Source of the DNA: Caecitellus pseudoparvulus
Taxonomy: Eukaryota > Protista > Bigyra: Bicosoecida
Length of the DNA stretch: 64,000 bases
NCBI GenBank assembly: GCA_965644315.1
Contig: CBFFRQ010000028.1
Location: forward strand, 1-64,000
Direction of reading: 5' to 3'
The position numbers and the translations under genes were made by a program. Every line of letters starts with the position of its first letter. Position 1 is the stretch's first letter. The notes below the pieces were generated by a model. The model ran no database searches. It was given only the letters and a program-made list of their open reading frames with translations, and had not been told where the DNA came from. Shown piece by piece: positions 22,301 to 34,500 of the stretch.

Positions 22301-23517
22301 TGTACGCAGAGTTGAAGCCCTTGTCCACGATCACTGCGCCGGACAGTACGAAGATGATTGTGTTCGCCAGGTACTCCACCATTTCCCAAAAGTCGTGCAG
22401 TGCCTCGTGCTCCTGCACAAGCGTCCGGCCCTGGGCCGCCATGCACAGCCCCAGCGCGACAGTGGCCAGAACGCCGCTGACGTGAACTGGGGTGATTTCT
22501 GCCAGCACAAACGTCGCATACGCAGCAAAGAGCGTCGTGGCCACCTGTGCGACTGTATCAAACGCCATGGCGTGCAGGGCCTTCACAGCAAGGAACCCTG
22601 CGAGAATCCCAAGCGCGGGGCCGCCCAAGGCAAGCTGGGCAAAGAAGCCCACAGTCTCTCCAGCCGAGCGGACAGTACCATTCATGGCATCGGAAAAGAC
22701 GATGAAAAACACAAAGGCTGTGCCGTCGTTGAAGAGTGACTCGCCTTCAATCAGCAGGCTCAGGCGCTTGGAAGCTCCCAGCTCCTTGAGCAGTGCGACC
22801 TGTGCAGCAGGGCCGGCAGGAAGAGGGTGTGCGTGAATACCAGTGCACAGTGGACATGATTGCTCGAAGGGCTGCACGCAGACGTCTTGCGACTCACAAC
22901 AGCGACTGGATCTGTGGCGCTGAGCATGGCGCCAAACGCCAAGCCTTCGTTCCACCCCCACTCGTACGGAAAGGCATACACCGCAAAGGTGCTCGTGAGC
23001 ACAGCTGAGATGACCACCCCTGGCACGGCGAGGATGAGCATCTGGCCGATTTCTCGGGCAAAGACGTGGTAGTCCACACTGAGCGCCGAGCCAAAGATGA
23101 GCGCGGGGAGGAAGATGACCAGGATGAGCTCGGGGGAAATGCCTTCCCAGCTGGAAAGACTATCACCAACAATGCCCGCGTCAGCTGTCCCGTTCCAGAT
23201 GCCCATGAGCACGCCTAGGACCTGTAGGAGTGGCCGGGTACGCACGAGTGCGGTGCGTGGCCCTGGTGCGAGCAGAGCGCATCAGCACGAACCAGGAGCA
23301 CCACAGTGTACGGGAGTCCAATGCCTCGGCCAGCAGTTCTGAAGAAAATACCCAGAAAAATCGCCGTGCAGAGGAACACTGCACCCCCTGTGTGGTCGAC
23401 GCGGAAGCTCTTTCCCTCACTGCCGTCACCTTCGCTCCCGTGATGCGAAGCCTCCGAAGCAGCAGCACCGACCAGGGAGCTCCCAAGGAGCACCATTGCC
23501 AGTACGGTACTCGACAT
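19341..23517 (-). CDS. SOS1: SOS1/NHX7-type CPA1 Na+/H+ antiporter with cyclic-nucleotide-binding domain
   Basis: Motifs FLPALIF, ATDPVAV, EGESLFNDG, WAGLRGAVG, plus a cNMP-binding-like region (FSEGDVLVKQG…FIVVRGTV). Introns 23222-23292 and 22800-22897. Confidence 0.9.
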
Positions 23518-23667
23518 GTGTACTGAAATATCCATTGCAGCCCTGTCCTTGCAAGGAATTGCCAGGCACGGGTCAGGCTTGCGAGCAGCGGCGTGTTGAG
23601 TGGTGGCTTGCGGAAATCGAGCGAATCGCTGGTTCTGCGCCTGGCTTGCAAGCGTGCATTGTCCAGT

Positions 23668-24469
23668 CTAAGCCGCCTTGGCCTTTGTGGCAGCCGCCTT
23701 GCGCATGAGGGTAAAGGAGACAAATGGCAGGACAGTGACAATTGCCCCCAGTGCCAGGAATGTCGTCCACTCCAGGGTGAAGCGCTGCACGGCCCGCTTG
23801 TAGCCTGCCTCGGTGTACACACGCACGGTCCCCAGGGAAGAGCTGTAGGCACGGCGGTCAATGGCGTCATCGCCCTCGCCATACGTGTAGTCCACGGATG
23901 CACGGCTGGAGCTGAAGGTGCCCTCCTGGGCAGTGTGCGCCTGCAGCACCACTGACTGCGACACCTCCTGCCCTGGCTCCACACGGGCCCACGTCATGAC
24001 GTCGGGGCCTGACAGCTTGACAAAGTTCTGCGCAGGCCACGTGTCCCGCAGCTCAACATCCAGTGCCGGCCTGTGCAGCAGCGTAGCGGGTCCAGCCGTG
24101 CAGTGTGTCTGGCACTGGCAGGCGCGAGGGCTGGCCAGGCACACGTGTCCTGGCACCGCGCACAACCGACGCACTCAGAGCCCTTGTTGATGGCAGTGTA
24201 TGTCACAGTGAAGTTGCGCCCGATGATGAGCATGTTGTTCTTTGCATCCGTCTCCATGGACTGTGCAGGCCACGAGGCGCAGGGCAGTGTGGCGGCGTGC
24301 TCAGCGGCAGTTGGTGCAGTTCACCACCGCTGCCGCAGCTGCGGCGCGGCCACACGGCACACACCTTGTGCACGACCAGCAGGGCCCGGTCAGCCACTGC
24401 AACATCATCGTCAGCTTGGACGCCAAGGGCAATGGCTGCGAGAGCCAGAATGCTGGCTGCAATCTTCAT
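23668..24469 (-). CDS. SSR2: Translocon-associated protein subunit beta
   Basis: Signal peptide, RALLVVHK…FTVTYTAINKG…ALDVELRD…WARVEPG and a C-terminal TM. Introns 24261-24364 and 24071-24174. Confidence 0.88.
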
Positions 24470-24639
24470 GCTTGCTAGGCTGGTGGTGGCACACGCAGCT
24501 GCCTGGCCTTACTCCGGGCGAAGAGGAAGGGCTGAGGCACACGGAACGGACTGGCGAAGGATTGCCTCGGTGGCGTTTCACATGCAAGATGGTGGGGGTG
24601 GATTACAAGTAGTCTGGTCGGGGAACTGCCGACAGCGGC

Positions 24640-27600
24640 CTACACCGCGCCAAACAGGCGGCACCAGCCGTCCGCAGCCTGGGGCCCGTCCCCCCCCACT
24701 GCCAAGCAGGGAAAGACGCCGTTGTCGCTGTCCAGACTGCTGACCGAGGCTGCCTCCCCATCGCTGTCCACTGCCACGCTCGCCTCCTCCTCGCTGGTCT
24801 CGTGCTGCGCCATGAGGCACTGGTACCGCGGGGCAGTGTTGGGCCCAAGCCGGAACCAGCCCACGCTCTCCCCGTCACACACATCGGAGCACGCGTCAAA
24901 CTCGCTCACCCAGCTGTCCGCGTCCGTGTCGCCGCTGGGGCTGTCACAGGCTGGCCATGCCGCTCTCAACAACGCTGCGTCGGCCTCCAGCTCCGGCAGC
25001 AGGCTCTGAGCACACGCCTCGCCCGCCGCCGCGCCTGCCAGCAGCAGGACACCCTCCTCCTGTCGTGTGCGAGCTCCCTGCATGGGCCGCGGGATGACTT
25101 TGAAGTGGTCCAGCGCGTCCACTGTGGCCAGCACTGCAGTGGGCAGGCCCTGCCCGTACACGTGCTTGTACCGCCAGGCAAAGCTGTACTGGTCTTTGTC
25201 CAGCAGCCGCCCGTGCGGTCCACTTGGCGCAGCGACAGAGGCACTGGCGCCCTGGCACGGTGCAGTCAACTTTGCTGTCAAGGGGGGCTGCACATGGGCC
25301 AGAGTGGACCCCTCCTCGACGGCCGAGCTCTGCCGCAGCCGTGCTGCCGCCTTCACTAACTGCCGCCTGGTCGCTGCCAAGCCAGCCAGCGGAGTGCTGT
25401 GCCCACCCAGCGTGCCGCCCCGAGCCACCCTGCGCACACGCTCAGCTCGCAGGCGCGCAGCCCGCGCTGCTTCCTCGGCCCCTGGCGCCCGCAGCACCCG
25501 AGGTTTGAAGGGGGGCATGGCAGACGTCAGGCCCGTGCCCACGCCGGAGATGTAATTCGCCTTCCACGGCCCACCCCCTCCGTGCACGCGGTGGCGGGCC
25601 AGGTTGAATGCCAGGGCGGCCCGATGGGGGTCCTCCCACGCGCCCACAGCCAGGGACTTGCGACTGCCTGGCAACGGCACCGCAACAGAGTACAGCGGCG
25701 CTGGCGGCGGCGTCGCATCGCTGCCGGAGTCACTGGCGTGCTCCCCCGCCCCCTCGATGTCCACGCTTGAGCTGCCCGATGCCTGCTGGTTGGCCAGCGT
25801 TGCGCTTGCCTCAGGCTGCCCGACGTGCCGAGCTGCCTGCATCAGCGGCGCGCCCCACAGTGCTGACCGCTCGACGTCAGTGGGGGGTCGAGCAGAGACG
25901 CCCAGGTACGCTTCGCCCATGGCCCGCTCATCTGCGGGCACTGACCCGGCAGCCCACATGCCCCGCCCCTCAGCACACGCTGCCACGGGCAAGTTTGCCT
26001 TTCGCAGGGGCGCTGCCAGTCGCCCCGCCAGCGCCGCCAACTGCACCTCATCCAGGGGCGCCTCAGGCTCGGCAGGCGGCGGCGAGGCAGGCGTGAACGC
26101 GGCCTTGGATGCCTCCGAAGCGCGCCACCGCTCCTCTGCCGCTGCTTTACCATGGGCAGTGTCAGGCTCGTTCAGGCGCAGGCCCTTGGCCCACGCATGC
26201 CCACTGCTGCCACCGCCGCGCAGGGACAGCACTTTGGCGTCGTACGCTGCAGCTGCCTCCAGAGCAGTCTTGAAGTAACCTACATGGTACCGCTTGCCCT
26301 TGCCCGAGACGGCGCAGCGATATTTGCCACGAGTGTGGTACACGCCCAACCACTTGCGAGGTGGGTGGGGCGCCGCTTCATCCTCCGGTGCCTGCGCAGG
26401 GGACTGACGCTGCTCTGGGCTGGCTGGTGGCGGAGGTTCACGGACAGGAACTGGCGCCGGCTCTGTCGATAAGGAAGGGGCCACCTCCACTGCAGCTGCA
26501 TGCCCTTGCACCTTCATCACCGGTGCCAACACCGCGTCCACTTCCTGCTGAACACAGGCTGCGTACTGCGGCGGGTCGCTCCACGTGACGTTGTGGGGCA
26601 AGCAGGGCATGACACCGTCCCGCAGTTGGCAGAGGGGGCAGTGCCAGGTGGTGTCAGGGATGCCGTGCGCCGCCATGTCAGCAGAACACTTGGGGTGGAA
26701 CACGGTGGGGCATGACTCGCACAGCACCAGCCCGCCGCGGTGCCCACACGCAGAGCAGATGGAGAAATGCCCGTCGTGCCCCATGGCGTCCATGAGCATG
26801 AAGCCGTGCTGCACCAGCTCGGCGTTGGCTGGGGCTTTGTACTCCTCGCCCTGCTGGAACACCGTGCTGCCGCCCTGTCCGTACGCTGAGTACACCAGGC
26901 GAGGCACCATGACGCCCAGCCCGCCGCTGTTCCCGATGCCCTGGCCGTCCATCTGGCGCCCTGCCACAAGCTCAGCATACCGCAGGGCTGTCGCCTGTGT
27001 GCCAGTGAGGGCAGGCGCGGCGCCGGACAACGGTCCCCCGGCGGCCAGGGCAGCGCCGAGGGAGGTGCTACGGCCCTCCACCACCACCAGCCTGTGCCAG
27101 TCCCCAGCATGCCCCCGGGTGCGCCGGCGGGAGCGTGTGCCTGCCTCGTCTTCCTCCAGCGCAGGCAGCAGCGACGGGACACTAACGCCAGCGCCGCAGC
27201 TGGCATAAGCGTGGCGCGCCCCAGACACGACCTCCTGAGCCACTGGCCCCAGACCCTCCTCAGCACGCGCAGTGGCGATGCACTGCAGCACACGCTGCTC
27301 AAGCGCGTCCCACGCTTGGCGCAAGGCTCTCAAGCCTGTGAACTCATCAGGGCACCCTGAATCGCCCAGCACAGCCTGCAGCTGTTGCAGTCTGCCGTCT
27401 CCAGACGGCAGCAACTGCCCAGCACGAGGCAGGCCGGCCGCTTCCGCACTTGCCAGCACGCTGAGCAAGGCTTGGCCTGGTGTCGCGGTGGCTGCTGGTG
27501 TGGCAGAGTGTGGCAAGGGGGCCTGCAGCAGCGGACTGGTCGCTTCAGCCGTGCTGGTGTGCGGTGCCTGCGGCGCCAGCCCCGCCCCTTCAGCGGTGCG

Positions 27601-28338
27601 AGAATCAATTAACCCTGGAACTACGTGTGGAGGGCTTGTGTCGGTGTCTGGTGCGGGGGGCCTTCTCTTCACACGCTTGGGCGACGGAGGGGAGCAGCCA
27701 CTATCGGAAGGTGGCGGAGAGGTTGCGTTGCGGTGTTGCTGTGCCACGTCACGCACAGCCTGCTCCCCCTCTGAGGCGCTGCGTGGGGCAGCCGGCACGT
27801 TGACACTAGAAGTTGATAGTGTCATTGTTTCTGGCCCTGCCCCCGCTGCTGCAGGTGGCCCTGACGGTGTGGGCAGGGTGGAGAGATCTGAAGCATCCGT
27901 GCAGCGCTGTTCCGACGCAGGTTCTGGAGCGGCGCGCTTGACCCCGCCTATGGACAACAGGGGACCATGGCGTGAGCTAGTACCACTCTGCCCGGCCTGT
28001 GCTTCCTGTGCGCAGGGGGTGGTGTGCTGTGCAGCGCTGGGGCAGGGACGAGTCACGCTTGGTGCAGTGGCTCCAGCGGCAGCACACGCCCTGGCAGCGC
28101 CAGACTACTGCATCCTCAGCGTGGACACGCCAGACACGGCATAGGTGCACCAAACTTGATGCTCAGGCATGGCATGTAGCCTGCCCCCACGCCTCCTACC
28201 ACGGCAGGCGGGTCCGGTCCGGCAAGCTCCGCGGAGCGCGTGGTGAAGCAGCTGCAGCTTGCGTGCACGCACATGGTTCGGGTCCCGGCCCGCGGGGGAC
28301 GGAGCGGCAAACGTTGGCCCATTATCCACATTAGACAT
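24640..28338 (-). CDS. PHD-finger plus AP2-domain transcription/chromatin factor
   Basis: PHD CSAC…LVLCESCPTVFHPKC…WHCPLC. AP2 KWLGVY…YHVGYFKTALEAAAAYD. A second, divergent AP2 (…VGAWEDPHRAALAFN). Short first exon from ATG 28338 is inferred; main ORF 24640-28056. Confidence 0.8.
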
Positions 28339-28560
28339 GACGAGCACCTGGGGCTCGTGGGATGCCTCTGGGTGCAAGGCCCGCCGCTCGAGGCGGTGCG
28401 GACTCGATTTCCGCAGGCTCAAAAGTTGAGCCAAAACAACAGCCACGCAGTGACCCCAACCACGGCAGGCGAAGCATTGCGGGGCCACGTGTGCATCAAG
28501 AAATTGTTGAGTTCCTCTTGACGTCTTCCTTCTGCATGGGCTGGCCCTAAGGCGCCTGTC

Positions 28561-31500
28561 ATGGGGTTGCCTGGCCGCACCCCACGCTGCTTGTGCAAAG
28601 GGCAGCTGGTTTCGGGCGTGGTGGGTTGCTGCCTCATTACGTGGTTCATCTGGTCGGTGGCGCTAGGCACGACCTTCTTCGGCGTGAACACATGCGTGCA
28701 CGTGAGTTGCGCTGGCGAGCAGCGGCCGGTGCACTTTTCGCTCACACGCACCTCGCCTCTCGCCCAGATTGGCGAGCACCCAAAGTGGGACACCGTTCCA
28801 GTGGGACGCACGAGGTTCCCTGCGGGCAGCCCTGGCTCCTTTGACCCTCGTTTGAACGCGGACTTTTCCCTGCTGTACCTGCGGCACGCAGGCCCCACCG
28901 CTGGCGCAGGGCCCAGCAGCCAGATGAAGATGCTGCATGCTGCTTTGGCAGGCAATGCCTCCGCCAAGTTGGACTTCCTACGAGCACAACGCCTGCTGGA
29001 TCGCATGCATCCAGACTTTGCATGTCCTGTTGGACTGCCTGTGTTGTTTGTGCACGGCCACCGGGGCACTGGGGAGCAGGCCTCGTCGTTCGCCGTGCAG
29101 GGCGTTTCACAGGCGTTGCAGGATGGGGCAGCGCCTGGCCACACGCCGCTGTCCTGGTTTGCTCTGGATTTCCACGAAGCCCCAACTGCCTTCCACGCGG
29201 GACTCATGCAGGCGCAGGCTGCTTTTGTCAATGACGCCATCGCCCGCATCCAGGCGTGGTATGCCCACCCAGGGTGCGCCCACTCGACAGCCAAGATTGC
29301 GGGGAGTCCAGCCAGTGCCGGGTGGAAGCCGCCAGTGCTGCTGCTGGCGCACAGCATGGGCGGCATCGTTGCGCGCCTGGCATTCATCTCGCCCAACCAC
29401 ATTCCTGGCAGCGTCACGAACCTCGTGACACTCAACTCTCCCCACCAAGCCCACCCAGTTGACGCCGACGCCACTGTGGCTGCGCTGTACCAGCACATCA
29501 ACGCAGCGTGGCACACGGCCAGCACTGGTGGGCCCGACCCCCACATGCTGCGGGAGCTGACGGTGGTGTCCTTCACAGGCGGCTTCGGGGACGCCCTCAT
29601 CCGCCCCGACCTCACCCGCCTGGACGGGCTGGTGGCCCCCTCCCACGCGGTGTGGGCTCCGCTGGATGCGGTGCCCGGCGTGTGGGGCGTCACCTCCCAC
29701 GACAACATCGTAGCGTGTGGCCCCTTCCTCGTCCGCTTCCTGCGCACGCTGCGACGGGTGGCCCACGCCATGACGGCGCCTGACTCGCCCCCCCCCTCCA
29801 CCACGTGGCGCCGCCACCTGCTCCTGCAACACGCAGATGACTCCGCACCCCAGCCCACACACCCTGCGGCACATGTGCCGTCCACGCCCTTCACCATCCA
29901 GCTCCTGCCAGCCTGGCTCGTCAGTCGCATCCGCATCGGAGACGGCCTGTTCCTGCTCGGCGAGTCGGCCGCCAACAGAGTCTTCGCTCTGACGGAGAAA
30001 GGCGTGGACGTGTCGGACCTGCTCAGTCTGGGCGTGGAGGGCTCCGAGCGCAAAGTGGAGCTGCAGGGGCACGTGCCTGACCCACCCTCCGCCGGCGCCC
30101 CCGCCTCCACCCCCAAGGTGTGCCTGCACTCCCTCACACACACTGGCGCAGACCCCAGCACCACCCGCCTGACGCTGACCAGCAATGCCCCTCCTCTCTG
30201 TGTCATCAGCGGCCTCCAGCCGTGCGCTGGCCCGCCTGGCGGCATGCAAGTCACTGTGGGGGGCCAGCCCGTCACCTGGCTGGACACTGGCCCCATCCCT
30301 GACGGCCATCTGCGTCTGGCCAGACACCGGCCTGTGTCGCTCGGCGCCGCAGCTGAGCTGACCCGGGCGGTGCTCGGGAAGGGGGAGCCACCCCCCCTGT
30401 CCACATTCGGTGTGCCACAAGCAGCGTTGCAGGGGGGCGGGCAGTCCCCCCACACACGGGCTGCCCTCCTCCCCGTCGCCAACAGTGCCTGGGAGGCCCA
30501 TGGGATGGTGACCAGCGCAGCGAACGCCAATGGAGAGGTGTGTCTCACTTGGACACGGCCAGCCTCCCCGTCAGCTTGGCAGTGGCTGACGTTGTCAGTG
30601 TCACAGGGGCCTCCCCCTGCGCCGCAACGGACCACACAGGTGCCAGGGGGCTGGGCCCAAGCGTTAGGCTTGGCTGTGAATCCCCTGGCATGGGTGGCTG
30701 CTGTGGCGGGGGGCGGCGTGGCTGCCCTGACCCAGCACCAGTGGGTGCTGCCACACGGCGCCACCCCGACCACCTTGCTCCTGCCCCGCGGGAGCCGCCT
30801 GTCCCCCGTCTTGCTGTACACCGTCACAGTGCGCTCTGTGCACTGCGGCGTCACGCTGTCACCCGGCTCGGCCAGTGGCAGTGACGGGCCGGCCTTCTGG
30901 GGCTCCCTGCGCTTCGCACCTGACACGCAGGCACAGCAAGTGGTGTGGAGCAACCTTCCCCTCGCAGCCCACTCGGCAGAGGGCGTCACGGAAGCCCTGG
31001 ACGCGCAGCAACAGGCACAGCTGGACAGCACATCCCAAGTGCTGCGGTGGCTGGTGGCTGCCGCTCTCGGCTGGGACTTGACCCACACGTCGCCCCCGGC
31101 CCTGCACATGCGTGAAGTGTTGGCGCAGCCGGAAGCCACACTGGCGCCCCACGACGCACACTACACCCTCAAGGTGGGCGCCTGGCTCAATGACACGGCT
31201 GCCCCTGGGCTGAGCCTCACGTCAGACCCGCGCTGCCACCGCACCATCACCCTGTCCCCTGCGCCCTCCTCCCTCCTCCTGGCGTGGGTGCCACATCGCC
31301 TGCACTGGGTGCTCACGACGCTGTGCACCGTCGTGTGCATGCACTTGTTCATGGCACACTGGCTGTGGGTGGTGCGCCGGCAGCAGTGGAAGCGAGGCAA
31401 GCGCCTGTGGAAGGCGCGTCTGTGGGAGTTCCAGTGCCAGCGGGAGCTGGGCTGGGCCGACGCGCGGCAGGAGCTGCCCACCCCAGAGCTGCCACACTAC

Positions 31501-34500
31501 CCTTCATACCCCTCCCTGGCCCACATCCAGCGCCGGTACTGGCTGGTGATGATGGGCGCTGCAGTGGTCTTGAGCACCCTGGGCACCCTGTGCCAGCCAC
31601 TCTTCCTGCCGAAGCCAGCTTGGCAACAGGCGCGGTGGCTGCACGGCTCACATGGCACGCCAGTGGCGTGGGAGGAGCCGGGAGTCCTGGAGCGCTTGCT
31701 CATGCACGCGCTGGGCATGGTCATCGTGGCTGCCTACTGCGCCTTGCTGTCTAGCATCGCCACGGGCCTATCAGGCTTGGCCCGCGTTGCCCGGGCCTGC
31801 CAGACGCGCTGCTCCGAGTGCGTCGCCAAGGCGTTGTCGCGGGGACACCTGCCTGCGCCGTGTGCCAGGATCACCCTGACCCTGCTGTCCAGCTGTGCGT
31901 GGGGGGCGCAACACCCCACGCACACCACCCGCAAGACGAGCGGTGGCAACGACGACGAGCTGGGCATTCCGATGGGGGGCATTCCGCTGGGGCTGCCGCC
32001 CCTCCGAGAAGCCCCCCCCACCGGCATCACCAGCCTGTGGAACGTCGTGGTGGCCACCGCCAAGGCAGGCATGGAGGCCGCAGAGCCCGATGCGTCGTAC
32101 GACGACCCACAGGCGAACGCTGCGACGACGCCCACCAGTGTCGGTCGCTTCACGCCCCACGTGGCCCAGCACCACAGCGAGGCAGATGACGACGTCATGC
32201 TGGGCGTGGCCCCCGCCCAGCGAGATGCCATGCGGGCTGCCATGGCGTCGCGCCCGGCGACCCCCTGGGAGGCAGGCCAGCCTTCCACCGCACCCGGCGC
32301 AGGGCTGCACCTTGGCGCCGAGCTGAGCCTGGGCCTGGGCTCTCGCACAGAGTCCCCTCTCCCCAGCGGGCAGGGCGCCGACTCCCCGCCACTGCCTGCA
32401 CTGGACACGTCCCAAAACCACTTCCTCGTCTCACTGCCCGCCTTCCCACCACCCGCCGGCACCCCTGCGTCTCTGGCAAGTCCCACTGGTGGCACGGGCG
32501 TGCCCACCATCCGCGTGGCACTGCACCAGCCCCCCGGCTGGCCAGTACCAAGCCAGACACATGGCAGCAGTGGCTCAGGCGGACCCCCGCACAGCGTCCC
32601 CCACCGGCGCTCCCTGAGCTCCACTGGCATAGTGATGGACCGCGCTACCCCGCCGAGCGAGCACCCGTCCCTTGGGGGGGTCAAGGTGCGCAGCGCAGGG
32701 GGGGTGCCCCTGGCCACCGGGCGCCTGCCCGACCTGTCCCTGACCACCCCCACCCACATCGCCCGCAGCAAGTCCCAGAACGGCAACGCCCTGCAGCTTC
32801 TCACTCTCGGCGTGCCGCTGCCCCAGGCTGCCCCCCCCACCCCTCGCCTGCGCAAAGCCCCCTCGCGGCCACCCCGCTGCGGCTCCATGGAGAGCCTCAT
32901 GCCCTCTCAAAGCGGCGGCGGCGGGGGTGGTGTGCACTTGTCCAGCGGCGGGCGCAGTCGCCTGTCGTCCGGCTCAGCCTCCGACGCAGCCAGCGACCGA
33001 GCTTCGAGCCCCAGCCGAGCGGCTGGCGCCAAGCGGCGTGGGCGATCCAGCGGGGCCGCCTCAGGGGGCGAGTTCGCATGCATCGTGGACGATGTCCTGG
33101 AGGCCACTGGGCTGGCTGACCAGGCAGATGGCAGGGTGCAGGGCGACATGCACATGCTGGGCGAGGGCAGCGACACCCCCCCCGACGAGCTGCCGCAGCC
33201 GACATCCGTGGCAGCAGCGGCCGCCATGACCTTCCACGCGCGTGTCGCAGCCGCCGCCGCACACACCAGCTCCCACTCGGGCCTCGTCAGCCAGATGGGG
33301 CACCGCGTGCTGGGCAGTGCCAGCGCGCCGCCCAGCAGCCCAACCAGCCCCACCCAGGCCAGCGACGCGCCTGGATCCCTCCTCCTGCTCAGCATGCCCG
33401 ACACGCTGGCCGACGCCGTCATCGCTGCGGAGCTGGACATTGCCTGGCGCCAGCAGGATGCGGCCTGCCTGGCGACTGTGGGGCGTGACGTGTCCAGCGT
33501 GGCGCGGGACCCGCTGGGCGCCATTGCGGCGTGGATGGGGGTGCCTGACGATGAGCGGGACGGCAGCGTGCACAGCTCTGCCGCCGCCCCTGCCCTCATT
33601 GGAGACTCTCCCATTGAGCAGGAGCGGGGGGGTGGCGCGAGGTGGCGTGGCGGCGGCTGGGCAGCGGCCAGCCCGCCCTCATCCCCAACCCCCACTCCAC
33701 ACCCTGCAGCGGGCCGGCACCCTGCCTCAGCCTGCCGCGGCCGAGGTGTACGCCTGGCAACTGCCTGTGCCTGTCTGCCAGCCAGGCTGTGGCGCACCTT
33801 GCAGCGTGTGGACAAGCACGGCGCCGCCATGGGCCTGGTGGTGGCGCTGCTGGGTGCCACCTGGATGACACTCGTCACGGTGGCCCTTGTCCTGCCATGG
33901 CTTGTCGCTGCAGGCGCCTTTGTCGGGCTGCTGCTGCAGGCTCTCTGGGCAGCTGCCACGCTGCCGCCGTCCAGTCACTCCCTCGCCGCAGCCCACGCAC
34001 GCGCGACGGTGCGGCGGGCCGACTCCAGCACAGCCAAGCTGGGACGGCGCAGTCGCGGCAACAGCATGGCTGAGGCGGACGCCGCCCTACGGCACTTCAC
34101 ACAGGGCCAGGCGGTGGCGGCGGTGAGTGCGGTGAACGAGACACGGCACCAGGAAGCCGCCATCCTCCTGTACACCCTGCTGTTCCTCACCAAGATCACC
34201 ACGGTGCTGTACACGGCAGAGGCTGCCAGCCACCTACGGCACCCGTTCCACCGGGACATCGTCCTGGCCCTGCCGCTCGCCTTGCACCTGTTCTCCATGA
34301 GGGTGGGCAAGCCCCAGTCCAACTCCGCCGTCCTGCCTGCTTACGCCGCCCTGCTCCTGGGCGTCGGCGTCGCAGCGCAGGGGCGCATGTACGCCATCCC
34401 TCATGTCGTCGCAGCGTACGCCCTGCTGAACCTGGCAGCCACCCTGCACCACGCTCTGGCACGCACCCCAGTGGGGCAGCTGGGCACTGCGCTCTTCCGC

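Noticed and set aside
24071-24364. Both SSR2 introns are 104 nt and end in CTGCACAG (possible introner elements)
   Set aside because: Their internal sequences are not similar, and the ending is just the local acceptor consensus.
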